The position numbers and the translations under genes are program-made. From a virus (lineage: Duplodnaviria > Heunggongvirae > Uroviricota > Caudoviricetes), in IMG/VR virus record IMGVR_UViG_3300047159_000064: a stretch of DNA of 64,000 nt, one strand, 5' to 3'. The notes below the pieces were generated by a model, which worked only from the letters and a program-made list of their open reading frames with translations, did not search any database and was not told where the DNA came from. Numbering within the stretch: position 1 is the first letter of the stretch; every line of letters begins with the position of its first letter. Shown one piece after another: positions 36,244 to 46,206 of this stretch.

Positions 36244-36821
36244 TTTTATCCATCAGTATTTTTTAAGCTGAAGCTTAAAAAAGCAAGATAATATCTATAT
36301 AAATAGCTATATAAAATAATAATTATAATAATGCTTATTATTAATATTATTTATATAATAATACAGTATTCTTTATCTATAAAGCGCGTTCTTTTTTGTA
36401 TTCGGCGTAGATCGCGTCGCGCTGCTTGCTCGTCAGCGAGAATCTGCCGTTGTCTATGTAGCACTCGAATATCTTGCTCAGATACACGTGCTTGGCGTCC
36501 ATGGCGTCTGCCAGCGGCTGAAGCTTCTTAAGATGCTCTAGTCGTGAACCCACCTGCCGAGCAGAACTGCGGGCATAGGAAAGTGCAAAGCTGCATCGGG
36601 CAGAATGTTCTGTAGCCGCTTTTCTGCGCCGTCAGGCAATACGCTATGTATTCGTCCGGAGTCATTCGCTTTCAGATGAACACGTCGAACAAATCGAACA
36701 AACGCTCTTTATCGAAAGCGTCAGTCGCATAATCGTTCAATGCGATGAAATCGAAGTCGTGCGGCTCGAAGTCAGCGTAGCTTGAAAAAAACAAGCTAGA
36801 TCCCGTCAGCATGTATTTCAT

Positions 36822-39800
36822 TTATTTCTCTCCCAGCCTGGCTTTAAGCTCTTCGACTTCTTTTTTAAGCTTTTGTATTTCGTAGATCTCTAAGGCGTGA
36901 AGGTCGGTGTAGTTAAGCGCATAGACGCTCTTGCCGTCAATGAAGTTTTTCGACACTATGCCGAAATCAGTCGGGTTAAGTCCTGCCGCGCTCATCGCGC
37001 TTTCGACGTCTTGGGCAACGAAGCCGAATCTAGTCTTGGCTCTGTTGTTTTTGAATCTGAATGACGCAGGCTTAAGCCCGTCGAATAAAGCGTCATATCC
37101 AGATAAGGCGTATTCTATGCCTGTTTTCAGCCTTCTATCAGATGTGTTAGATACCGAATCGGCGGTAAGCTCATTGACCCTTATGGCAGCTTTTTTGCTG
37201 TCTGTGCCGAAGCGTATGCCGTTTATCAGCGCGCCGTCAAGCGAAATTGTTTTTTCTGTCGCTGATATAAGCTGATAGTCTTTTGTTATGCTTATGGTGT
37301 CGAAGCTAATGCTGGCTACTCCAATTACTGTGCCGTTCGACGGTGGAGTTATGTCGCAGTATAGGCTTGTCGGCGTATAAACGTAATTGTTTAATAGCGC
37401 GCTATACGGCATATAGAAGACTTTTGTTTGAGCTGATGTCGCGGTGCTGTATGATGTGCCGGCCGATGTTGTTCCTGCTGCATATTTGTATGCGTAGATT
37501 ATCGTCATTTTTACAGCTATGTTTCCTGAAGTGTTTATTGTTCCGAAACCGAAGTTATCAGCGCCGAGGGCATTGCCGTTGTAGCTGTAGTCATTTAATG
37601 AATTTTGGCGCGTCGTGCTGCTGTCTTTTACATTCTTTATGCTGCCTATTGTTACTCTGTTGTTTACGCACTCATAACCAGCGATTGTCGGCGTCGTTAC
37701 GTAGATTAGTGATATTACATTATTAGTGGTAGAGACATAAGCAGAAATAGGTAAATCGCAGATTGTTGTGCTTGTATCGCTATTGCCAGCGATATTGGCG
37801 CCGGTTATGTTGGCGCGATTTATGTCAAGGCCTGTCATGAATTCTCCGCCGTCTAATGCCAAAGTTGATCCGCTGGCGGTCAGTATACCGTCCAACATTG
37901 TCAGTTTTGGCAAGGCATTTGTGACTGCGTAATCTAAGACATTGTGCATTTTCAGTGTAACAGAATCACCAAAAGTAACCTCAGTTGTAGGATCTCCTAC
38001 TGCAGGCTTTTTAGGCGCGACGATAAATCCGTTTTTTCCGCCTATTACGAGCGTGCCTGGAAGATATAAATCATTATCTTTTGATATGGCACCTTCGCCG
38101 CCTTGTATTGAAAAAAGGTAGTCTCTTGTATTTATGCTGTCTCAACTGCTTACTTTAACGAATACTTCATTTTCGCAATCCCATCTGTAGTAGCATCCAT
38201 CTGTGCTGTTTAAATAGCAAGCAGTGACTTTTTCTGTTATGTCTGTTCCAGTGCTATTTTTAAAAGTTGTGCCGTTTTGCTCCGGTTTGCTGCCGAATAA
38301 ATCGGTGCCAAATCATTCTCAGTCTTGCGTTGTCCCGCTTGATTCTACATTCTTAGCGGCTTGAGTTATGGTATGTGATACCAAATACGGAGCTATGTTT
38401 ATATTTCCTGTCTCAGTAAGCTGCGTAGAATAAACTCTTTGCGTCACTAAAAACCATTGATTGTCGTTTTCTAACGGTACGTTTTCTGACGGCAGGCCAA
38501 ATGATTCTTTTTTGTCCTTTACGTCGCCGCTGCTGTCTGTTTCTTGTATTAGTCCTATTCTGACCGAGCCGTTTTTCACGTCTAAATTGTTGATGTTGGC
38601 GTTGTTCGCGTAAAGGTTTCCTAAATTGTTCACGCCGAAATTATCGCCAGCCGCGAATACTAGGTTAGAAACTTTATTGTCGTTTATGCTGAGGTACTTT
38701 GTTCCGGTGCCGGTCGACATCAAAACGGCGCCGTTTGTGCTGCTGTTTAGCGTTATGGCGCTGTTGTCAGCCTTAGGAAGCGTATAGCCGTTTTGAAGTA
38801 TATTGGCGCCTATTTCGAAGCCGCCTATTCATTTGTTATTTTTTTTATCGAAGCTGGCGCCTATTTGTCCGTGTTCTGCTATTATGTTTCCGGTGATGTT
38901 GGCGTTGTTCGCGTAAAGGTTTCCTAAATTGTTCACGCCGAAATTATTGCCTGCGGCGAATACCAGGTTAGAAACGTTGTTGTCGTTTATGCTGAGGTAC
39001 TTTGTTCCGGTGCCTGTCGACATCAAAACGGCGCCGTTTGTGCTGCTGTTTAGCGTTATGGCGCTGTTGTCAGCCTTAGGAAGCGTATAGCCGTTTTGAA
39101 GCACGCTATCGCCTATTTCGAAGCCGCCAGCACCTGAGGAGTCAGCGCCTATTTGTCCGGATTTTGCCACTATTTTGCCAAATACACTGAGCCCTTCGCT
39201 GTTGGCAACCAGTATGTCTTTCTGAATCTGATCCCCATTTTCATCCGCTATTTTTGCATAGACGGTTCATTCGCTGGCGTCAAGGTTCCATCCGAACCCT
39301 GTCACGTCATTTTTTTTGTTCAGTTTTGCGTCTACCGCTGCGTTTGTGCTTTCTATGCTTGTGGCGTTGGCATCAGCCTTTTTATCCACCGTAGTTACTT
39401 CACTGCGTATGCTTTTAGCCGTTTGCTCTATTAGGCTGGTTATATTTTTGTTTTGATTGTCCTGCGAGGTGATTACCTGCTTGAATCTGTTGCCGTAGTC
39501 TCTGTCCATCTGCCCGAGGTCTTTGTCGAGCGTGCTGACTTTTGCCGTAAGGCTTGACAGCGAAAAATAAGGCGCCGTCGTATTAGGCGTGTCTTTGTCT
39601 AGGCTGCTGCTCATTTTCGTGTCGAACGGTATGGTCGCCGATTTGCTGGTCGCCGACGTTTCGACGTTTATCGTTCCTCTTGGGTCAGCTTTTTCTAATT
39701 CTGCGCCTAGGTAGAGCTTTCCTATCACGACGGGCAGCTCCATTAGGTTGTTTTCGAAAGCTACCCAGACCACGTCGCCGACTTTGTAGCCGTTGTAGCT

Positions 39801-39929
39801 TCCAGGCGTATTGGATATGGTCGCTACGCCGTTTATCTCATCGTTTCCCGCGGATTCGAAGAACGGCATCCTGACGGAGCAGGTGTTGCCGCTTAAGTCT
39901 ATAGAAGTTATCTGGCCTTTTGTAATCAT
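36822..39929 (-). CDS. tail fibre protein (about 1035 aa) with tandem repeats of about 165 aa and a C-terminal S74 intramolecular chaperone domain; about 6 in-frame TGA codons (about 39267, 38829, 38319, 38313, 38142)
   Basis: ORFs 39267-39929, 38829-39170, 38319-38723 and 36822-37949 share one frame and are separated only by TGA; C-terminus SDRRLKTGIEY...GFVAQDVE...LKKEVEELKARL. Confidence 0.65.
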
Positions 39930-39954
39930 TTTCTGTTTAAACCTGCTCGATTTT

Positions 39955-39977
39955 CATATAATTTAGCAGATATTGCC
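39955..39977 (-). promoter_or_regulatory. late promoter motif copy 2 (minus strand ATATCTGCTAAATTATATG), 26 nt before the fibre ATG
   Basis: catataatttagcagatattgcc. Confidence 0.5.
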
Positions 39978-40009
39978 AATAATAGATTTAATAAATTTAT
40001 TCGGCGCAT

Positions 40010-40042
40010 TAAAAAAGCCGACCACAACGGCCGGCTTTTAGT
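40010..40042. terminator. bidirectional terminator hairpin (A6...GCCG/CGGC...T4)
   Basis: aaaaaagccgaccacaacggccggctttta. Confidence 0.4.
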
Positions 40043-40053
40043 CTGTGTTCCTG

Positions 40054-40731
40054 CTATGACAGCTCGCTTATCGCGGATTCTAGCTCGCTTTTGAGCTCGG
40101 CTATGAACTGCTCTTTGGTGAATATGCGCCCTGTCTCTTCTATTATGCCGGTTATTCCGCGGCACAGCGCGTATTTTCCCGTCAGCCTTTTGAAGATGTC
40201 CTTCTCAGGCGAGTATTCCAGCGTTATTACCAGGTCTTCTGACAAAACGCCGTTTTCTAAGGCATACTCGTTGCCCATGAACTTTTTGTTCTCGTACAGC
40301 ACGTCGTTGCCTATTTTTTTAAGCTTCGATCCGTCTGCGCCTAATTTCACGAGCGTTGAGCAGATCGTGTCCGCCGCCATCGTTCTGGCCTTTTGCAGAT
40401 CGTCCGGCGTTCATGAAGCATCGATTTTTATGTGGGCCGTGACTGGCACGGAGTTTTTATTGACCAGTATGTTATATCCTGTTTTGAAGCTGGCTTCGTG
40501 TTTTATGTAGGGAAGGTTGCAGCTGCGCAAGCCGTCTGGCTCCGTCTTTATCAGCGTGTCCGATTTGAGCGGCCGATTCCATCAGAACGGCTCTTGGACA
40601 TCGCCTATGGCTATGACGTTTTCGCCCAGGAACTTGCCTGTGTTCCTTCATTCGAATTGGTTCTTCAGGACGTCGGGTATGACGCCTTTAGAAGGCGCGA
40701 CTTTCTCGACCGTTACTTTTATGTTCTTCAT
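40054..40731 (-). CDS. hypothetical structural protein (about 225 aa) with 3 in-frame TGA codons, including a TGA-TGG pair
   Basis: Single frame from ATG 40731 to TAG 40054: ...KNQFE*RNTGKF...QEPF*WNRPL...IDAS*TPDDLQKARTMAADTICSTLVKLGADGSK... (ORF 40054-40380 is its C-terminus). Confidence 0.6.
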
Positions 40732-40732
40732 C

Positions 40733-41170
40733 CTAGGCCTTCTTTATTTTCTTAGGGTCGCCGAATATGCCTGATTTCTTCAGCCAGTCGTATTGGTCTT
40801 TCAGCGTGTCGGCCTTTCGCGCGAAGCTCCCGCGCTCGACAAGGCGCGGTATCGTGTCGCCTATGCTGCCTTCTACGCAAGCCTGCAGCAGCGGGTAGTC
40901 GCCGTTCGGGTTAAGGCTGGCGAAATTGTTGACGTAGCTCAGCTTTTCGTCAATCCACGGCTGCGCTTCTTTCATCGCGCCGTCTTGATCGTAGTGCATG
41001 CGCTCCTCGTCTCCGATTATCGCGCTTATTTTGCCGTCGTAGAGCTTCAGCACCTCGTCTTGCGTCAGCGCGTTTTTATTAGCCGTTCTGTCAGCTTTGC
41101 TCGCATAGATGTCGTAATTGCCGTTGAGGTCTATCTTTACGTAATTTCCGTTAGGTAGTAAAAGTGCCAT
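40733..41170 (-). CDS. hypothetical protein (start MALLLPNGN with SD AAGGAG)
   Basis: ORF track (start trimmed to ATG). Confidence 0.5.
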   Translation of the reverse strand: MALLLPNGNYVKIDLNGNYDIYASKADRTANKNALTQDEVLKLYDGKISAIIGDEERMHYDQDGAMKEAQPWIDEKLSYVNNFASLNPNGDYPLLQACVEGSIGDTIPRLVERGSFARKADTLKDQYDWLKKSGIFGDPKKIKKA

Positions 41171-41180
41171 TTTCAGCTCC

Positions 41181-42416
41181 TTAGTAAAAGAATACAGCGC
41201 AACCATTCGCGCCAGATTGGCTTGATGTTACTGTTGTTGTGTTTTTGCTGTAAAAATCGCCGCCGCCGCCGCCATACAATGGGTTTGTAGCGGCTTGTAC
41301 GATATCTTGCGATATTTCTGCATATCCTCCATTGCCGAAAGAGTTTCCGCCAGGCACACAGAATGTAAAATTCGCGCCATCAGCGTCTTTTAGCTTAGTC
41401 GTATCAGCTGGTATGGCATTGAGTTGTTTATTGATTTTTACAGCATCATTTTTTCCGCAGAATAACGGCCGTATCGTAGTTTGCTGGCTGATGTTTATGT
41501 TAGTATCGCCCTCATTATAACTGGCGTCAGATCCTGTTCCTCCGCATATGTAAGCAGTTTTAATTAGATGACTGCTGTCATATATCGTTATTTCGCCGCC
41601 TGCGCCGCCGGCAGCAGAAAGGAGAGTACTCTTATTACTATCGTCATAATTTCCGCCTTTGCCACCGCTTCCGCCATGGACAACCGCTATGACTTTTTCT
41701 CAATCGCAGCTGTCGCCTAAAAATATAGCAGAGTCTTCACCATTAATACCATTACTGCCATGCTGAGTATGCGTGGTGTAGGTTGCATTGTTTACGCCGG
41801 CTCCGCCTTTTCCTAGTTTTATTGTGTACTCGTAGTGTTCTACGTCCAATACAGCGATGAATATTCCTCCGCCTCCGCCTCCGGCGCCGGGAAATAATTT
41901 ATTTCTGCTGTCTCCACAACCGTCTTTGTTGCATCCGTCAGTGTCGGCCTCTGCGCTTCCTCCGCCGCTTCCTCCGCCGCCTACAAGAACAAGGCTTATA
42001 TATTTAATATCATCATCAGTTGTTCCGAAGTTTGTTCTGCCAATAGTTACTTGTTTTGTATTTTTGTCTTTAGTTATAGTAAAAATAGTATTATTTGCTA
42101 TATATTCTATTGCTTTCGTTATCGTAGATCCCTTTAGCTTTATGCGGCTGCCGTCGGTATTATCTGAGCACACGACAGGAAAAGTGCCTTTTTCTACGCC
42201 ATAAATAGGCGCAGAGTTTCCATTTTCTGCCTTTTGAAAACATGGTATGGCCTTTTGTCTCGCTATGCCGTTTCCATTGGCTGGGCTTTGCAGCTTTGCA
42301 TCTGGCATGTCTGCGTCATACCCTATGGCATGCAAATCTAAAGATTCCTCGCCGCTGTGCAGCGGTTCAAGATCTTTAGCGAAAGCGTTTGTGTCATTGT
42401 AATTGTAGTTGGCCAT
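41181..42416 (-). CDS. Gly-rich fibre-like protein (about 410 aa) with 1 in-frame TGA at 41700; extends 170 codons beyond the track ORF to a TAA just before the next RBS
   Basis: After ...GDSCD-TGA the same frame stays open: EKVIAVVHGGSGGKGGNYDDSN...LYGGGGGDFYSKNTTTVTSSQSGANGCAVFFY then TAA. Confidence 0.6.
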
Positions 42417-42418
42417 GT

Positions 42419-44974
42419 TTACGCTCCTTTAAGCGCGGATACCTCCTGCTTGAGCGATTTTACTTCTTGGAGCAGAAGATAGACGAGTTTGCTTTCTTCT
42501 ATAGAAAGATAGCCGTTTTCGTCCTCATGCACGATTTCTGGGCATATCTTTATCAGGTCTTGGGCGATGCAGCCTATGTGCTTCGTATGCGTTTCGTCTG
42601 AGATGTATTCGAATTCTTTCACAGGCAGATCTAAGATGGATTTGTCGCAGGCATAGTCTCGCACATTGGTCTTTTTTCTGATATCGGATGTCGCCGTGAA
42701 TGACTGGGCGGTGACAGTTCCGCTAGTATTGAGCGTTATGACAGTCGTGCCTGTAGCGTTGCTTACGCTTAAACCGCTTAACGCGGTTATCATGCCTTTT
42801 ACCGACAAGCTGTCCTTAAGCTCTACTGCTTTGCTTATCGCTAATCCTGTCGTGCTAAGGCTTAATAACGCTGTCGTACCGTCAGCCGCGTTTATCGACA
42901 GGCTATTCTCGTTTATCGTCATGCCTGTGTTGCTGGCTGAGACGAATGTTTTGCTGTCTTTGCTGAGGATTAAGCTTTGCCCCGTTATGCTTTCTCCGGC
43001 CGTCAGCGTCTTTGCTTTTATGGCGCCTGTGGCCGTCAGGCCGGTGTCTACTGTGACTTTATTGAATGTTGCTGCGCCTGTTTCATCAATGCTGCAGCCT
43101 TTGCTCATGGTAAACTTCGAGACGCCGGTTAATTCTGCATTGGATAATTTTACGGCTTTGTTTATCGCGAAAACGTTGTTTGTTTTGTCATAGACTATGG
43201 ATGCGGCGGCATCGTCGCTGCCGAAATAATAGCCGTTCGGCGCGATGACTTTATCGTCTGTTGTTATCTTTAATTTGCTGTATGTTCCATTTCTTGTGAC
43301 GCTGAAATCGCTGTTGTGCGCGCCGAATTCGCCATCGGCATCTAAGTTTCCTTTTATGCTGGCGGCTTCTGCCTCTATGGTCAGCGCTTTTATTTTCGTT
43401 GTGCCGTCTTTCGATAAAGTTGCTCCGGCTTCTGTCGCGCTGAAAACAGCGACGGCCGGATATGCCGCGCCTGATTTATTCGTCAAAGTCGCGCTGCCGT
43501 TCGCCGTCAGCTTGCCTTTGGCGGCTATGTCGCCGTCGGCGGAGATGTCTTTTGTAGTTTTTATTCCGGCTTCATCGGCTTCGAAGCTGGTGACTCCGTC
43601 TTTGGCGACGCTGAATCCTGCAGCTGAGGTTATGCTTCCGGTCGCATCTACGGATTTCGCAGATATGCCGGCTTCCGCTTTCAGCGCTTTGGCGAAGTCT
43701 ATGCCATCGGCTGAGAATTCGGCTATCGGATCTTTAGACGCCGTTTGAATTTTGAAATCAAGCGTCGCTGTGACGCCTGTTTCGTCGGCGCCGATATTAG
43801 GCGCTGCAAAGGTGCCATCGGCCGTCAGCGCGCCTGCGATATGCGTTTTGCCCGCGATGTCTACGTCGCCTGTTTTGCTGGCTGAGAATACAGCCTTTCC
43901 TTTTTCGCCGTATACGGTTATGGCGCCGTATTCTCCGGCCGTCGCGCTGCCTAGCGTAAGCGTGTTGTCGCTCGCCCCAGAGGCTTTTATCGCGCCTTTG
44001 ACGTTGAGCGCGGTATTGACGTCGAAGCCGTCTGCTTTAAGCGCGAGCAGATTAGATCTGTCGTTCTCGCTTGTTCCGTTTCCTACCAGGAACAGCGCCG
44101 CGGCATCTATTAGGTTATAGCGTCCGAAGACCGCTTGGTTTTTGGCTTCGGCTTTCAGATACTCGCCGAAAGCGAATGAGTTTTCGGCGTCAGTTTGAGA
44201 ATAGTAGCCGCCTACGAACGAGTTTTTGCCGTTCTTTGTAGTTGTAGTCGTTTCGCCGCTTGATGCGGAATTTTCTCCGTTGGCAGTAGTTCCTTTGCCG
44301 ATGCCGAATGAATAATCGCCTATCGCTCTGCTGCTGTAGCTGACGTCCGCGATTGTCGCCCCGAGCATTCTCAGCGCGTAAGCGCCTTTGTCGGTGGCAA
44401 GCGCCATGTCGATCGGCATAGCGTTCCAATTCAGCGCGCCAGCGGCTGTAGAGAACGGCTGCAGCGTATAGCTTGCCGTTATTTTGCCTACGTCGTTTTG
44501 GCTGACTAAGCAAAGGCCGGCGAATACGTAGCTTGAGCCTGAAGCCACGTCCAGGTATTGAACCGCGTCGTCGATCCATGAGGCTAGCATCTCTGTTTTT
44601 CTGTTTGGATCTTCCGGCACCGTTGCTGCGGTCGTCATGTCGACGGTGCGCAGCCTTATGGCCAGCAGCCTAGGCGTGCCGTCTGCATCGAAGAAATCGG
44701 CGCTATCAGCGTTATAAAGCTCGAAATAATAGCCGCCGATTACCGCTTTTAGCGTTTTGGTAGCAGCGTCGAACGAAATAACGTAGCTCTCTCTGCTTTT
44801 GCCGAGCTTCGGTCTGGCGTTGACAAAATTATACTCGGTGCTGCTTCTGGCTTCCGGGTCGAATGTTTTGTTGTTTGTTTTGTTGCCTCTGTAAGCGCAA
44901 GGGAATACCTTGACGTCCGCGCTGCTTAGCAGTTTTATCGTGGCGTTTGAGTAAGTGTGATCTGTCAATGTCAT
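42419..44974 (-). CDS. tail fibre protein with C-terminal S74 intramolecular chaperone domain (851 aa, no TGA)
   Basis: C-terminus RKKTNVRDY...IGCIAQDLIKICPEIV...LLLQEVKSLKQEVSALKGA; Ala/Gly/Thr-rich body. Confidence 0.6.
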   Translation of the reverse strand: MTLTDHTYSNATIKLLSSADVKVFPCAYRGNKTNNKTFDPEARSSTEYNFVNARPKLGKSRESYVISFDAATKTLKAVIGGYYFELYNADSADFFDADGTPRLLAIRLRTVDMTTAATVPEDPNRKTEMLASWIDDAVQYLDVASGSSYVFAGLCLVSQNDVGKITASYTLQPFSTAAGALNWNAMPIDMALATDKGAYALRMLGATIADVSYSSRAIGDYSFGIGKGTTANGENSASSGETTTTTKNGKNSFVGGYYSQTDAENSFAFGEYLKAEAKNQAVFGRYNLIDAAALFLVGNGTSENDRSNLLALKADGFDVNTALNVKGAIKASGASDNTLTLGSATAGEYGAITVYGEKGKAVFSASKTGDVDIAGKTHIAGALTADGTFAAPNIGADETGVTATLDFKIQTASKDPIAEFSADGIDFAKALKAEAGISAKSVDATGSITSAAGFSVAKDGVTSFEADEAGIKTTKDISADGDIAAKGKLTANGSATLTNKSGAAYPAVAVFSATEAGATLSKDGTTKIKALTIEAEAASIKGNLDADGEFGAHNSDFSVTRNGTYSKLKITTDDKVIAPNGYYFGSDDAAASIVYDKTNNVFAINKAVKLSNAELTGVSKFTMSKGCSIDETGAATFNKVTVDTGLTATGAIKAKTLTAGESITGQSLILSKDSKTFVSASNTGMTINENSLSINAADGTTALLSLSTTGLAISKAVELKDSLSVKGMITALSGLSVSNATGTTVITLNTSGTVTAQSFTATSDIRKKTNVRDYACDKSILDLPVKEFEYISDETHTKHIGCIAQDLIKICPEIVHEDENGYLSIEESKLVYLLLQEVKSLKQEVSALKGA

Positions 44975-44994
44975 AAAGTTGTCTCCTTATTATT

Positions 44995-45516
44995 TTAATC
45001 TACGTTCTCGACCGTCATTTTCCAGTCTACTATCGTAGTCATGTTTCCGCCTGATTCTGGTATCGTGAATTGCTCTGATTCCGTCAGCGAGACATAGGCG
45101 AGCAGGTCGTTCTGCAGGCTTGATATCATCGGCGGATACAGGCATAGTTTTTTTATCGTGGCGCCCTGCTTCATGTACAAGAACGGTATTCTGAAGTGGA
45201 ATGTCACGCTTGTCTCTTTGTCTTTTACTTCGACGGTAGGCGCTGAATCGTATATGATGGCGGACGACGCGGGATAGTTGTAGAAATTATCGGTGTCGTC
45301 TCTGAACAGGACTATTTTGTTCGGCCGTTCGTTTTTGGCCGACGCTCAGTTGCCCTGCAGGCAGGAAGAAAAGAAATTGAATAGCTTTTTTGAGCCGGAG
45401 TTGCAGTAGCTGTTTGCCGCTATGAGCCTGCCGTTGTCAAGGAAGCTGACCGTCACTTTGCCTTGGTACAGCATGCCGTTATGATTGCTAAGCTCTTTTG
45501 TTTTTTCGTTGTCCAT
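44995..45516 (-). CDS. hypothetical structural protein (about 173 aa) with 1 in-frame TGA (about 45346)
   Basis: MDNEKTKELSNHNGMLYQGKVTVSFLDNGRLIAANSYCNSGSKKLFNFFSSCLQGN*ASAKNERPNKIVLFRDD... continuous with ORF 44995-45207. Confidence 0.5.
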
Positions 45517-45529
45517 TTTGCTTTCCTCG

Positions 45530-46204
45530 CTATTTCTGCGCCACTGTGCTGTTGGCTATCGCGCCGGGCAGTTTGGATATGCCTGCGTCCGGCAGGGCAT
45601 CGGTATCGCTGACCCTGGCTATCGCAGACAGCGTGCTCTCGTCGTATAACCCAACGACGGGCAGCTTCTGCTCGATGTTTTTGTATATTTCGACTTCGTC
45701 TTTCGTCGTGAATGTCGTGCTTGCTTCGTGCGTCTTAGAAATCTCTCTGACGAAGCTGCATCCCATGCCGGCCGGCAGAATATAGCTTATAAGATCCTGC
45801 AGCAGCGCCAAATCAGTCAGCTGCTGAGGAAGATACAGCGTTATCTTCTCTTTCGGCGCTATCGAATAATCCAGCGGCTGCGTCAGGCCTTCTGCGACGA
45901 GCATCGCGTTTACCGCGGTTATGATCGCGTTTAGGCTGCCTTTTTGCCTCATTATGATCGGCAGCACGCCGCATACGGCGGTCAGCTGCTTGGCGTTATA
46001 GGCGTGTCTCGTTTTGAATCCGAGGGACATCGACAATAAATTTAGCAGCGATTCGTTCATGCTTTTTCCGACAGGAAGGCTGTCGAGCGCGTCGGCGTTT
46101 GTTTTTGAGTAATTCAAAACGACGTCATAGAGCCTTCCTATGTATTGGAAGTCCCTAGATTGCTGGCAGTATACGGCCGGAGTCAGATCTTGCAGTCTTA
46201 TCAT
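45530..46204 (-). CDS. baseplate/tail-fibre-associated protein (224 aa)
   Basis: ORF track; position in the baseplate cluster. Confidence 0.4.
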   Translation of the reverse strand: MIRLQDLTPAVYCQQSRDFQYIGRLYDVVLNYSKTNADALDSLPVGKSMNESLLNLLSMSLGFKTRHAYNAKQLTAVCGVLPIIMRQKGSLNAIITAVNAMLVAEGLTQPLDYSIAPKEKITLYLPQQLTDLALLQDLISYILPAGMGCSFVREISKTHEASTTFTTKDEVEIYKNIEQKLPVVGLYDESTLSAIARVSDTDALPDAGISKLPGAIANSTVAQK

Positions 46205-46206
46205 CT

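Noticed and set aside
36380-36820. Gene between the tail-fibre end and nrdH promoter (MKYMLTGSSLFFSSYADFEPHDFDFIALNDYATDAFDKERLFDLFDVFI*KRMTPDEY... and a second frame ending ...DAIYAEYKKERAL)
   Set aside because: Protein-like segments appear in two frames, with one TGA and an unclear join; it may be a recoded and/or frameshifted small gene but could not be resolved reliably.
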